Notes: generated by a model not told the origin, from the letters alone. DNA of 64,000 bases from an uncultured Gammaproteobacteria bacterium (GCA_965230895.1 OZ246394.1:441316-505315); one strand, 5' to 3'; positions 20,565-30,203 are shown, numbered from the stretch's first letter. Numbers and translations are program-made.

Positions 20565-20933
20565 ATGCACTCTATGAAAGAGTGGTTGCGAGGATTTAAA
20601 CCAAAAATTCAAACAAAGCCTTCAGGAAGAGCTTTTAGCCAGGATGAAGCATTATGGAACAAGGAAGTTAAAGATACTCTTCATAAGAATATTGATGAGC
20701 GAACAGAACAGCTCATACGCTGTGGCTGTGCAAATTGTTTTTCAAGCATGAGAGAAGATCTGAATGTAAAATACTTTGGTGCAAAAGAAAGAGTGAAAAA
20801 CTGGCATATAGGTACTTTCATAAATAGTCATCGTCAACTTGCGCCGCACCTTGCAGAACTTACAAACCAGATACGAGCCTGGGAAAGCGGAGAAACTGAC
20901 ATTGTGGATTTCAAGCGCAAACCAAAACAGTAA
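20565..20933 (+). CDS. Hypothetical protein
   Basis: 122 aa, charged, contains CGCANC; no recognisable domain. Confidence 0.3.
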   Translation: MHSMKEWLRGFKPKIQTKPSGRAFSQDEALWNKEVKDTLHKNIDERTEQLIRCGCANCFSSMREDLNVKYFGAKERVKNWHIGTFINSHRQLAPHLAELTNQIRAWESGETDIVDFKRKPKQ

Positions 20934-20995
20934 CTACGAAAAAGCCCTACTCTTGCGCACCGAGCAGGGCTTAAACGAAAATACCTTTCTTAATC

Positions 20996-21592
20996 TTACT
21001 GATTAAGTGTATTTGAAGAACCGTTGACTGTTATATCTGTACCAGTAATTGCTGTTCCAGAATGCACAGTTGATGTTCCGCCTGTATTGAAACTCGATGA
21101 ATTTCCTCCAGTATTAGAACTTGAATTTACGCTATTGAAAACGTTACTCACGTTTGTTTGAAGAGCAGTAAACCAATTAGAGTTTGTAACTTTTACACTA
21201 TTATGTGAGAAAGCTCCATTATCTGTTACACCAACTGTTGCCCCAGCTTCACAATTGCAATCTGAATTAACAGTTGCTGTATTTGTGTTACCGCCTACAG
21301 TTATATTAGCAACACTGTGAGAGTCACTAGTACTAACACTTGAAGTTCCGCCAGTATTGAAGCTGACTTTATTGCCTCCAGTGTTAGCCTTTGAGTTAAC
21401 AACGTTCTTAACGTTTTGCTTGTTGGTTTGTGCAACAGTTGTTACTTTAACGTTCTTAACTTGTACTTTTGACTTTGAGAAAGCGCCGTTGTTTCCGACA
21501 ACTACATCTGTAGCTGCGAAAGCTGCTGGTGCCATTGCTCCGAGCAAAATAGCTGATGTAGCAATAGCTGTTCCTAATTTAAGTTTGTTCAT
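20996..21592 (-). CDS. Secreted repeat-containing surface protein (two ~70-aa internal repeats)
   Basis: Signal peptide (AILLGAMAPAAFAA); repeats NNGAFSKSKVQVKNVKV...NTGGNKVSFNTGGTS and DNGAFSHNSVKVTNSNW...NTGGNSSSFNTGGTS; ATG at rc 21590-21592 preceded by GGAGG. Confidence 0.6.
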   Translation of the reverse strand: MNKLKLGTAIATSAILLGAMAPAAFAATDVVVGNNGAFSKSKVQVKNVKVTTVAQTNKQNVKNVVNSKANTGGNKVSFNTGGTSSVSTSDSHSVANITVGGNTNTATVNSDCNCEAGATVGVTDNGAFSHNSVKVTNSNWFTALQTNVSNVFNSVNSSSNTGGNSSSFNTGGTSTVHSGTAITGTDITVNGSSNTLNQ

Positions 21593-22040
21593 ATCATTCA
21601 CCTCCTTTCTGTTTCATTCGTTAAATAATTCCGCCAGTCGACAAATCAGCGCACAGCGTTTAAAAAATTATTGGAATGAAGCGTTAAGAAGGACGGCAAG
21701 TGAAGCGTTGGCGAAACGTGTCCTTTAGCGAGAATGGAGATAATTTTTAGCGAGCACTGCCTTGTCGAGAGCTTTGGTACTTTGGCGGTCCAAAGTACAG
21801 AGAAAATAAATATAGGTTTTTTTCTAAAAGTATTTGTTGAAGTCATCAGCAATCAAAAAACTTGCTCTGCATGAAAAAACCTCTTGAATATCCCCAAAAA
21901 CAATATTCAAGAGGTTGGATGATTTCTACAGGGCAGTCTCATAAATACTTAATTAGATTAATAGAATTGCCCAGTTAAGTCAATTGATATAAAAAAGATA
22001 AAACTATATCAGAACTGACATTTTCTTCTCTATCTTATAA

Positions 22041-22865
22041 TTAACTTTTGCTAACAAATTTTGCGAGAAGGCCAATGTGATCAGAGAGGTAATTGCTAGT
22101 TTTTGGAGTGATTTGGACTTTATCTGTGAATGCATGATCAAGCGACTCGACGCTGATTCTATCATACTTATCAAGCAAAAAGATATAATCAATTCTGACT
22201 GATCCTTCAGTATTATACTTCCAGTTGTAACGGTCCCCAAAATACGTAGGCGATGTCTCTTTGGCAAAAAGATCTTTTGCTTTCGTAGACGAAATAAGAT
22301 CTTTATATGCTGGGTCTTCGTGGGTTATATTGAAATCTCCGACCATAACCACAGAATCTTCCGTCTTTGCAAAACGGGACATAAGAATACTCGCTTCCTG
22401 AACTTGCTTCTTTAAATAAATATAGTAAGGATTCTTGAGTGAAGACTTATACTCAAAATCCGAAATAAGATGGGTATTCATGATACGAATCGGGAAGTTC
22501 TTTAACCGACATGATAAAACTCCATTACGTAAGTATCGAGTGTATGTCGTAAGCGAACCAAGTTCTGAAAAGCCATCGTAACGGACTGATTCAAGCGGAA
22601 GCTTAGAGAAGATAACAAGTCCACCTTTTGGTCCGAGAAAAAACTTTTTATACACCTGATAAGGGTAACTTTTAAGGAACTTCTTCAATAAATGGACATG
22701 ATAATAGGTGGTCACTTCCTGCAAGCAAACAACATCAATGCCACTTGTCTCGATAAATTCTGCCATTTTTTTATAACGATCAGTTATTGAGGGAGCAAAA
22801 AAAGGTGTACCAAGCGTATTAAAACTAAGTAGCGAGAACGACGGATGATGGCTAGTTTTTGACAT
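22041..22865 (-). CDS. Endonuclease/exonuclease/phosphatase (EEP) family protein
   Basis: VVCLQEV near N-terminus; C-terminal IDYIF and SDHIGL motifs typical of the EEP fold. Confidence 0.7.
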   Translation of the reverse strand: MSKTSHHPSFSLLSFNTLGTPFFAPSITDRYKKMAEFIETSGIDVVCLQEVTTYYHVHLLKKFLKSYPYQVYKKFFLGPKGGLVIFSKLPLESVRYDGFSELGSLTTYTRYLRNGVLSCRLKNFPIRIMNTHLISDFEYKSSLKNPYYIYLKKQVQEASILMSRFAKTEDSVVMVGDFNITHEDPAYKDLISSTKAKDLFAKETSPTYFGDRYNWKYNTEGSVRIDYIFLLDKYDRISVESLDHAFTDKVQITPKTSNYLSDHIGLLAKFVSKS

Positions 22866-22942
22866 ATCTGAAGCTAAACTCTTGTTTTTTAGACCATAAA
22901 ATTATACCATAGAGTGTACCCTGTTCTCACTGCCTTTTTAAA

Positions 22943-24043
22943 ATGAATCAATTGAGTAATGAAACACAGCAGAACAAGATAATGCATGAAATATTTTCCG
23001 ACGAAACAGAAGCAAGGAAAAGCAGTCGTAGGATAAATGGAAGTAAAAAATTTACAGTTAAAAAACTCTTCTCCTACCTATTCATGGTCATCCCCCTATC
23101 CCTATTTTTTGCTGGTGCATTTTGGTATTACCTCGGCCCGCAAGTAGATAAAGCCACAGCCCCACTATCTCCAATTCCTGATTTTCTTACGGTAAACCAG
23201 AATAGCCAGGTAACCTTGCTTGACCTTTGGTCACCAGTTATTCAGCAAATTCATGGAAGTACAGGAAGTGATGCTCCTGAATTAACAGCTCAGGGAGTAC
23301 TGATGTATGATCTCACCTCAGACAAAGTATTGTATGAACGTGAACCAAAAGAACGACGTCCCATGGCTTCAATCACTAAAATTATGACAGCAATTATCGC
23401 CATCGAGAATCAAAAAGCAGATAATCGCTATGTTGTCAGTGCAGAGGATATTGTCGGAGAAAATAGCATGGGAGTTATAGCTGGTGAAGTAATGACTATG
23501 GAAGATTTGTTGTATGGATTAATGCTTCCTTCCGGAAATGATGCTGCAGAAGTTCTTGCGAGCAATTATCCTGGTGGACGAGGTGCTTTTATCCAGGCAA
23601 TGAATAATAAAGCTCGAGCAATGGGACTGACAGATACTCAATTCTCAAACCCGTCAGGACTTCAAGGTGATGGTATCCAATATACAACTCCTTATGATTT
23701 AGTCGTAATGACACGATACGCGCTTGAACACCATCCACTTTTTGAAGAAGTTGTGTCTACGGCGACTCATGAAATCCCTGCAAACGGAGAACATGGTGCA
23801 TATAGCCTTGTGAATGAAACGAACTTAGTAACCACTTATCCTGGTGTTCGTGGAGTGAAGACAGGATACACTCCAGAGGCGGGAATGTGTTTGGTGACAT
23901 ATCTCAATTATGGTGGACATAAAGTTATCGGTGTGATCTTAAATAGTGAGGATCGACGAGGAGAAATGCGCAAAATGCTTGATTATTCCCTTAAATCAGT
24001 CGGAGTAGAACCTCCAGAATACCAAGAACCCCCTCTATATTAG
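22943..24043 (+). CDS. dacA: D-alanyl-D-alanine carboxypeptidase (serine peptidase S11, PBP5-like)
   Basis: SxxK (SITK), SxN (LPSGND) and KTG (VKTGYT) active-site motifs; N-terminal TM anchor. Confidence 0.8.
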   Translation: MNQLSNETQQNKIMHEIFSDETEARKSSRRINGSKKFTVKKLFSYLFMVIPLSLFFAGAFWYYLGPQVDKATAPLSPIPDFLTVNQNSQVTLLDLWSPVIQQIHGSTGSDAPELTAQGVLMYDLTSDKVLYEREPKERRPMASITKIMTAIIAIENQKADNRYVVSAEDIVGENSMGVIAGEVMTMEDLLYGLMLPSGNDAAEVLASNYPGGRGAFIQAMNNKARAMGLTDTQFSNPSGLQGDGIQYTTPYDLVVMTRYALEHHPLFEEVVSTATHEIPANGEHGAYSLVNETNLVTTYPGVRGVKTGYTPEAGMCLVTYLNYGGHKVIGVILNSEDRRGEMRKMLDYSLKSVGVEPPEYQEPPLY

Positions 24044-24106
24044 GATTAATTTAATCGGCATTCAGCGCACAGCGTAAAGAAAAATCATATGCAATGACGA
24101 ATGAGA

Positions 24107-24592
24107 TCAAAATTCATGGAAAATCACAGATTTACCTGTAACTTTTCCATCTTTATACGAAATCTTACCCGAAAAATACTTCCCTTTCTTCATCCATTCA
24201 AGGAAATATTTATCGCCCTCCCACAGATTCAGACGTAAAATCTTATCATCATCAATCCAAGCTAAATCGCCCTCTGCCGATTCGATAAGTTCTCCGCTAA
24301 ATTGTGCTATTTCAAAGATATAGATGTGCCAATCTTCACCTTCTTTATCAAACTCAGGGAAAAGTAATCGCCCCATAAGCTTGGGATCTTTAATGTCTAA
24401 TCCCGTTTCTTCTTTCACTTCGCGGATTGCACATTCTTCAGGTGTCTCACCTTTTTCAAATTTTCCACCTACACCATTCCATTTTCCCTCATGCAAGTCA
24501 TTTTCTTTTTTTGTGCGATGAAGCATGAGTGTTTTTCCGTCCTTTTTAAGGTAGCAAAGCGTAGCAAGTTTCATAGAGCAATTATACATCAA
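24107..24592 (-). CDS. NUDIX hydrolase
   Basis: Nudix box GKWNGVGGKFEKGETPEECAIREVKEETGL. Confidence 0.85.
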   Translation of the reverse strand: MMYNCSMKLATLCYLKKDGKTLMLHRTKKENDLHEGKWNGVGGKFEKGETPEECAIREVKEETGLDIKDPKLMGRLLFPEFDKEGEDWHIYIFEIAQFSGELIESAEGDLAWIDDDKILRLNLWEGDKYFLEWMKKGKYFSGKISYKDGKVTGKSVIFHEF

Positions 24593-24671
24593 CTCAGCTA
24601 AGCCTTGAATATTCTCTGTATTTTGAGTACAATTACGGGGTGACTAATTTGTCATAGGTTATTCATAACCT

Positions 24672-24754
24672 GCCGCGGTGGTGGAATGGCAGACACAGGG
24701 GCCTTAAGAGCCCCCGTCCGCAAGGGCGTGAGGGTTCGACTCCCTCTCGCGGCA
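24672..24754 (+). tRNA. tRNA-Leu (anticodon UAA)
   Basis: Acceptor GCCGCGG/TCGCGGC; anticodon arm GGGGC-CTTAAGA-GCCCC; long variable arm; T-loop GGTTCGACTCC; no encoded CCA. Confidence 0.85.
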
Positions 24755-24775
24755 CATCATCGCCAAATGATACAT

Positions 24776-24849
24776 CGGGGACTAGCTCAGTTGGCTAGAG
24801 CGCGCGGTTTGGGACCGTGAGGTCGGAGGTTCGAGTCCTCTGTCCCCGA
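24776..24849 (+). tRNA. tRNA-Pro (anticodon UGG)
   Basis: Acceptor CGGGGAC/GTCCCCG; D-arm GCTCAGTTGGCTAGAGC; anticodon loop TTTGGGA; T-arm GGAGGTTCGAGTCCTCT. Confidence 0.85.
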
Positions 24850-24969
24850 CTCTTCGATTCGGTGCTCATTACATGAGCTCCTCACTCAGGGTCTACGACT
24901 TTGACAGAGGAAGCTAGTATGGACAGCGAATCGAAGAGCCCTGAGTTTATCGAAGGGCAATAATCCTCA

Positions 24970-25266
24970 ATGTACTCTGTCTACATTCTCAGAAATAATA
25001 AAAACCATTTATATATTGGATGTACAGGAAATGTTGATACCCGTTTAGAACGACATAAATCCGGTGATGGTGCTGAATTTACAAGGCGTAATAAAGATTT
25101 CAAGCTTGTCTATGAAGAAAAATATGCCACATTGCTAGAAGCTCGAAGACGCGAAGAGCAACTCAAGAAGTGGTCAAGAGCTAAGAAAGAAGCATTAATA
25201 AACCATGATCTGAGCTCATTGAAAAGTTTGAGTAAACGAAAATATTCTTCGAATATACAAGAGTAA
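24970..25266 (+). CDS. GIY-YIG nuclease-family small protein (UPF0213/YhbQ-like)
   Basis: YSVYILRNNKNHLYIGCTGNVDTRLERHKSG...KLVYEE (GIY-YIG motif layout). Confidence 0.7.
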   Translation: MYSVYILRNNKNHLYIGCTGNVDTRLERHKSGDGAEFTRRNKDFKLVYEEKYATLLEARRREEQLKKWSRAKKEALINHDLSSLKSLSKRKYSSNIQE

Positions 25267-25270
25267 TAAC

Positions 25271-25435
25271 TTAGCGGAGCTTTTCTAGGGAGGTTGGTGG
25301 ATAGGACATTCCGAGCATCATTTGTTGATAATTGTAAATTACTCCCATTGCGAGGATTGCTAAGGCAATAAGTGTCAGCCAGAGGACATGATTTGTGTGG
25401 TGGTGATGAACTTTTCTTCGGACAGCTTTTTTCAT
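25271..25435 (-). CDS. Small membrane protein with His tract (start uncertain)
   Basis: MKKAVRRKVHHHHTNH followed by one TM; the annotated longer ORF overlaps the GT2 3' end. Confidence 0.3.
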   Translation of the reverse strand: MKKAVRRKVHHHHTNHVLWLTLIALAILAMGVIYNYQQMMLGMSYPPTSLEKLR

Positions 25436-25491
25436 TCTTCTCTTAAAGTATTGCAAATAAAAGAGAGATTTGGCAAGAGGGCAATTATATC

Positions 25492-26712
25492 TTAAGCAAT
25501 TTTTGATCGGACGCGTTTCCAACTTTGGTTATCTGGATCTTTTCTGAAATCATACTGTCCTTTCAACGTACCCAGTTCATTTAAACCATACGACGCTACA
25601 TAAAAAGGTGCTTTTATCGGACTTTTCTTTACTCGCTTCAATAGATGTTTTGCACGTTCCTTTGCTCCCGTCACTTGAAGATTTTCTTGCCGTACTGTTG
25701 CCTCCGACTCCGGATGTTGTGCAATAATCTGAAGAGCACCTCGAGCATATCGTGCTCGTTCTCTCACAAAATTACGAACTCCTGATGATTTGTATGACCA
25801 TACATTTGCTTCTTGCGCATATGCAATTGTTCGCCCTTGCTGTCGTGCAATAACACCTGTAGCATAATCCTCAATCGCAACTTGTGGAATGCCACCTGAC
25901 TGGTGAACCATCTCAGTGTCCCAGGCAAAGACTTGTCCACTCACATGCCCTCGTGATACATCTTCAAAACGTGTTTTACGGAAGAAACCGAGCATTTTAC
26001 TCTTTCTATCATCATATTTCGAAAATACATAGGTTGGAAGACCACTGACAATTCCTGGCGTACCAGGTTCACCATTTATTTCTTTCTGTGCGGCGGCGTA
26101 AAGACTTGGGATTGTTTCAGGTTCAGCATAGACATCAGCATCCAAACACATGGCGATTGTTCCATGCCCTCGTGCTATATCATTACCAATATTCAGCGCG
26201 TTTGCCTTTCCCCGTTTCGCCGTATCTATATGCATAAACTCCACATTTCCTACTTTTGTGGTCGTATAAACAGGTGCTAAACCTTCAGTAGCTTGAATCG
26301 GGACATCATGTATCGGAAGTTCTTTTACTTCACCTAGCCCTTGCATAAAGTTTCGCACAATGGCTGCAGATGCTCCCTCATCTGTACATCCATTTGTAAC
26401 AAATACAAATCGTGCATTTGCATCGGCAGGGACATCGCTGGTTATGAGTGTACCGAGTGTTGATGCAAGCGTTTCTTTTTCATCATGGATAGGCACAATT
26501 ACTGAGAAATACGAATCTTCAGGTTTCTGTCCTGTCCGAGCTGTCCAACGCGCGTTTTGTTGCTCTTTTGCTCTATGTTCAAAATTTGGAGAGACCTTCG
26601 AGCCCAACAACGCCACTTGTTTTGTAATTTCAGGCTGCATACTTCGAACCCAATTGCCTGGATTGTCTTTGAGGAAATATACTGGCACTCTTCGGCTTTC
26701 TATATGACTCAT
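25492..26712 (-). CDS. Glycosyltransferase family 2
   Basis: SVIVPIHDEKETLASTLGTLITS...FVFVTNGCTDEG; CLDADVYAEP (DxD region). Confidence 0.7.
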   Translation of the reverse strand: MSHIESRRVPVYFLKDNPGNWVRSMQPEITKQVALLGSKVSPNFEHRAKEQQNARWTARTGQKPEDSYFSVIVPIHDEKETLASTLGTLITSDVPADANARFVFVTNGCTDEGASAAIVRNFMQGLGEVKELPIHDVPIQATEGLAPVYTTTKVGNVEFMHIDTAKRGKANALNIGNDIARGHGTIAMCLDADVYAEPETIPSLYAAAQKEINGEPGTPGIVSGLPTYVFSKYDDRKSKMLGFFRKTRFEDVSRGHVSGQVFAWDTEMVHQSGGIPQVAIEDYATGVIARQQGRTIAYAQEANVWSYKSSGVRNFVRERARYARGALQIIAQHPESEATVRQENLQVTGAKERAKHLLKRVKKSPIKAPFYVASYGLNELGTLKGQYDFRKDPDNQSWKRVRSKIA

Positions 26713-26769
26713 CCAGGGATTATACGCTTTTTGAGCTCAAAATGCAATACTATAAGACAATAATGGTCT

Positions 26770-28056
26770 TTATCGTATATGCATTGTACGATCAACTGTC
26801 ACATGCTTCTGAACCATTTCTACTTCAGGAGAAATACGTTGTTCATCGTCACGCTTTATCAATATATATGCAATTCCAGCAGCAGCCATTGCTGCCAAAC
26901 CAGCAACATACAAACCCCATCGAGGTCCCGCTGTCTCACCGATCCAACCAATAATCGGTGCACCAATCGGCGTGGTTCCAAGAAATGTTACTGTCCAAAG
27001 AGACATCACACGTCCACGCATCTCCGGCAAACTTTTTACTTGGAGATACGCATTTGCTTGAGAAAGAAAATTAGTTGAGATAACACCGACAACTACCATT
27101 GCGAGAGCAGCAATTTGGAGGTTTGGCGAGATTGCCACGAGAAAAACAGATATGCCGAAAAATATCGCAATACGGACAATTGCATGCAACGACGTTGTTT
27201 TCTTCCCCGCCGCCATAAGTCCCCCAATAACAGCTCCTACACCCATTGATGAAGAAAGCAGAGCATATCCAGCGACACCGTCCGCAAAAGTAAATTCTGC
27301 AAGCAGTGGAAGGATTACTTGGAACTCGTAGGTAAATGTACCGATCAATAACATCATAATTAATACAGTACGCAATGAATGCGTCTGCTTTACGTAATGC
27401 AAACCTTTAGCAAATTGTCCTTTAATTTTGGTAGCTCTCTTTGCAGGCATTAATCCACGCACGTTCATCATGGCAAGTACAATTAGTACAGCAATAAAGG
27501 AGAATCCATTAAGAAGAAAACACATCGCTAATCCAACCGTTGGTACGAGCAAACCAGCAACCATTGGTCCGACAACCCGAGCAAGATTGACCATCACAGC
27601 ATTGAGAGAAACTGCATTTCGGATATGATCCTTCCCTACCATTTCAAAAATAAACGTTTGTCTTGTCGGATTATCCAATGATGTAATGAGCCCCAACCCA
27701 AAAGCCAATATATACACCATCCATACTTCCGTAAGGTTAAGATACAAAAGTACAGCTTGGATGAGGGCAAGAATGCCTGCAAGTGTTTGGGTTATAAATA
27801 ATATTTTTCTTTTGGAAAACCTGTCTGCGATAACGCCTCCGAATGAACCGAAAAAGAGGATCGGCAGGAATTGGACTGCGATGAGTAACCCAAGGGCTGT
27901 ACCGGATTCTGTGAGTTGTAAAATAAGAAGCCCTTGTGCAACATTCTGCATCCAAGTACCGGAAAGAGAAATTGCCTGACCGATAAAATACAGTCTGAAA
28001 TTATGTATAGCCAATGACGAAAACGTCACCTTACTGTAACTGCGAATTTTATTCAT
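26770..28056 (-). CDS. MFS transporter
   Basis: 12 TM helices; motif GGVIADRFSKRKIL (MFS loop 2-3). Confidence 0.8.
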   Translation of the reverse strand: MNKIRSYSKVTFSSLAIHNFRLYFIGQAISLSGTWMQNVAQGLLILQLTESGTALGLLIAVQFLPILFFGSFGGVIADRFSKRKILFITQTLAGILALIQAVLLYLNLTEVWMVYILAFGLGLITSLDNPTRQTFIFEMVGKDHIRNAVSLNAVMVNLARVVGPMVAGLLVPTVGLAMCFLLNGFSFIAVLIVLAMMNVRGLMPAKRATKIKGQFAKGLHYVKQTHSLRTVLIMMLLIGTFTYEFQVILPLLAEFTFADGVAGYALLSSSMGVGAVIGGLMAAGKKTTSLHAIVRIAIFFGISVFLVAISPNLQIAALAMVVVGVISTNFLSQANAYLQVKSLPEMRGRVMSLWTVTFLGTTPIGAPIIGWIGETAGPRWGLYVAGLAAMAAAGIAYILIKRDDEQRISPEVEMVQKHVTVDRTMHIR

Positions 28057-28165
28057 AAATTGTAAGTAAAAGTAAAATGTGCAAAAGCGGTGGAAACTGC
28101 TTTGCAGGTGGAGTTGTATGGGAACAGCTCGTGTAGGATTACGTAAATAATCTTTCTTAATTCAT

Positions 28166-28183
28166 TGTAGCGCAAATGCTACA
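28166..28183. promoter_or_regulatory. Perfect 6-6-6 palindrome TGTAGC-GCAAAT-GCTACA in the divergent MFS/EamA promoter region; candidate operator
   Basis: Lies 10 bp upstream of the EamA ATG (28193); overlaps a tacaat -10-like hexamer. Confidence 0.4.
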
Positions 28184-28192
28184 ATACTTGCA

Positions 28193-29053
28193 ATGGAATT
28201 TTTGAATACGTGGCAATTTAATACTGCGGCATATTTACTTGCTACAGTTTGTTTTTATTTCAGTTATAAAGTGGCTGTCCAAAAAACATCAAAAGATGCA
28301 GCAGCTACGATTCTCATTCAAGTAATTGCAGGATTCAGTATATTGGTACTTGTTCCGTTTTTCCCGTGGACAGTTTCTTCTGAACCATTCACGTATGTAC
28401 TCTTATTTGCAGCATGTTTATTTTTTGCACTATCTGATCGACTCCAGACAACAGCACGAAAGCATTTAGAAGTTTCTATTTATGCAGTCATTGAACAGTT
28501 AATGACAATTTTTCTTGTCATGTATGGTTTTACTATTTTCCAGGAGCAACCGACAATTGAAAAGATATGTGGAATTGTACTCATTCTCGCGGGAAATATC
28601 CTTATTCACTTCAAAAGACAGAGTCTTCGATTCAATAAATATGTAGGCTTAGCAGTGATAGCAACATTTGCAATTGCTACAGCTGTGTCGATCGATGTCA
28701 GCATTATCGAGCAGTTCAATACACCATTTTATGTATCAATTACATTTCTTATTCCTGCGCTCATTATCGCCCTTTCCAATAGAATTCCGCCGAAAGAGAT
28801 ACTAGATGAATATCGACAGACACCACGTCTGCGTTATTATTTTTTCACCGGTTTTTCATTTGCACTACTTGTTTTCTTTTCGCTTCGTGCATTACAGTTA
28901 GGAGAAGTTTCAACAGTTGCACCACTGCAAGCAATCTCTGTTTTACTCAATGTTTTTATTGCATATATATTTTTAAGCGAGCGGGACCAAACATATAAAA
29001 AAGTTATTGCAGCGATAATTATTATTGCAGGCGTCTTTTTAACTTCAATGTAA
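28193..29053 (+). CDS. EamA/DMT-family transporter
   Basis: 10 TM helices in two 5-TM halves; 286 aa. Confidence 0.65.
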   Translation: MEFLNTWQFNTAAYLLATVCFYFSYKVAVQKTSKDAAATILIQVIAGFSILVLVPFFPWTVSSEPFTYVLLFAACLFFALSDRLQTTARKHLEVSIYAVIEQLMTIFLVMYGFTIFQEQPTIEKICGIVLILAGNILIHFKRQSLRFNKYVGLAVIATFAIATAVSIDVSIIEQFNTPFYVSITFLIPALIIALSNRIPPKEILDEYRQTPRLRYYFFTGFSFALLVFFSLRALQLGEVSTVAPLQAISVLLNVFIAYIFLSERDQTYKKVIAAIIIIAGVFLTSM

Positions 29054-30064
29054 CTATTTGAGGGCGTTTCCTAAATCGTTGAAACTTTCGACACCATTTT
29101 GCATGTCGGTGCCAACCATTCCCACATGAACTCCGAGAATATCAACATAGGGTTTAATTTTTAGCCAAAATGCACCAAGTACTTGAAACGGAATCATGAC
29201 AATTCGCGCAACCCCCTCAGCGAAAGCGCCGAGAGCATGGAATATAAAGAGTACTACGAAAACAATTCCTGAAAAGAGTAATGTCACTATCCATACTACT
29301 TTCTCAAAGATAAAGATCGCACTACTCGCCAAGATCGTAGCTGCCCGAACTGCATATTCTGCACTTGCTGCAGTTACTGTTTGTGCACCAGCCATAAAGT
29401 TCAAGCCCACTAAATTTATGCTTTGTACAAGCAAATCTCCAACTCGAGCTAATCCACTTATCGTTAAATTGCCAGCAGCACCAAGCGAACTAAAGAATGT
29501 CACTATGATATTTCCAATGATACTCCAAAATGCTCGAGTATCCGGAATAACAAAGAATGCAACAAACGCCTTCCCCACCATGATAAACGTTGTTTGAACA
29601 ACAAAGAAAACGACACTCAAAAAAGATCCTAATGCAACAAACGGTTGAGAGAATATATCATCAGCAGAGAATTCCGGTGGAGTAATAGTTGGAGGAGATA
29701 CAGCTGGTGCCTCAATGCTTGGCGCTGAAATTGTCGGAAGCGAAAGCCCTGGAAGCGTTATCGTTGGAAATGGTATCTCAGGCAAACGGAATGTTGGAGT
29801 TTGAATGGTTGGAGTTTGCAAAAGTGGCTCAATAGACGATGTTTGCTCCCGAAGGTTGAGGTTCATGAGAAGCATCGTTGCAAACGCGATTGCTAAAATA
29901 ATAAGCGGAAGCAAGCTAGCAAAAAGAGTCCGCATCGAAAATGTGGACTGAGGAACTGCGGCGTGGCGTGTATATTTTCTCTTCTGCCTGTTTTTAACCT
30001 TGAACTTTTTCATAAAAACCGGGCAGAACCTATGAATTATACACCTTTTCGACAAATTATGCAT
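29054..30064 (-). CDS. Polytopic membrane protein with Pro-rich extracytoplasmic N-region
   Basis: PT-rich repeats (TPTIQTPTFRLPEIPFPTITLPGLSLPTISAPSIEAP) followed by ~5 TM helices. Confidence 0.35.
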   Translation of the reverse strand: MHNLSKRCIIHRFCPVFMKKFKVKNRQKRKYTRHAAVPQSTFSMRTLFASLLPLIILAIAFATMLLMNLNLREQTSSIEPLLQTPTIQTPTFRLPEIPFPTITLPGLSLPTISAPSIEAPAVSPPTITPPEFSADDIFSQPFVALGSFLSVVFFVVQTTFIMVGKAFVAFFVIPDTRAFWSIIGNIIVTFFSSLGAAGNLTISGLARVGDLLVQSINLVGLNFMAGAQTVTAASAEYAVRAATILASSAIFIFEKVVWIVTLLFSGIVFVVLFIFHALGAFAEGVARIVMIPFQVLGAFWLKIKPYVDILGVHVGMVGTDMQNGVESFNDLGNALK

Positions 30065-30132
30065 TATTATGGGATATTAATGCTCAGTTCTTCTTGAGAG
30101 AAAACCGGATTTTTGCTATACTTATCTGTATT

Positions 30133-30203
30133 GCGGGTGTAGTTCAATGGTAGAACAACAGATTTCCAATCTGTATACGAGGGTCCGATTCCCTTCACCC
30201 GCT
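30133..30203 (+). tRNA. tRNA-Gly (anticodon UCC), atypical T-loop
   Basis: Acceptor GCGGGTG/CACCCGC; D-arm GTTCAATGGTAGAAC; anticodon arm ACAGA-TTTCCAA-TCTGT; T-loop TCCGATT (C at position 55). Confidence 0.75.

Noticed and set aside
21357-21728. 123-aa +-strand ORF overlapping the repeat-protein gene
   Set aside because: It is antisense to a gene with signal peptide, RBS and internal repeats. The hydrophobic low-complexity translation is typical of a shadow ORF.
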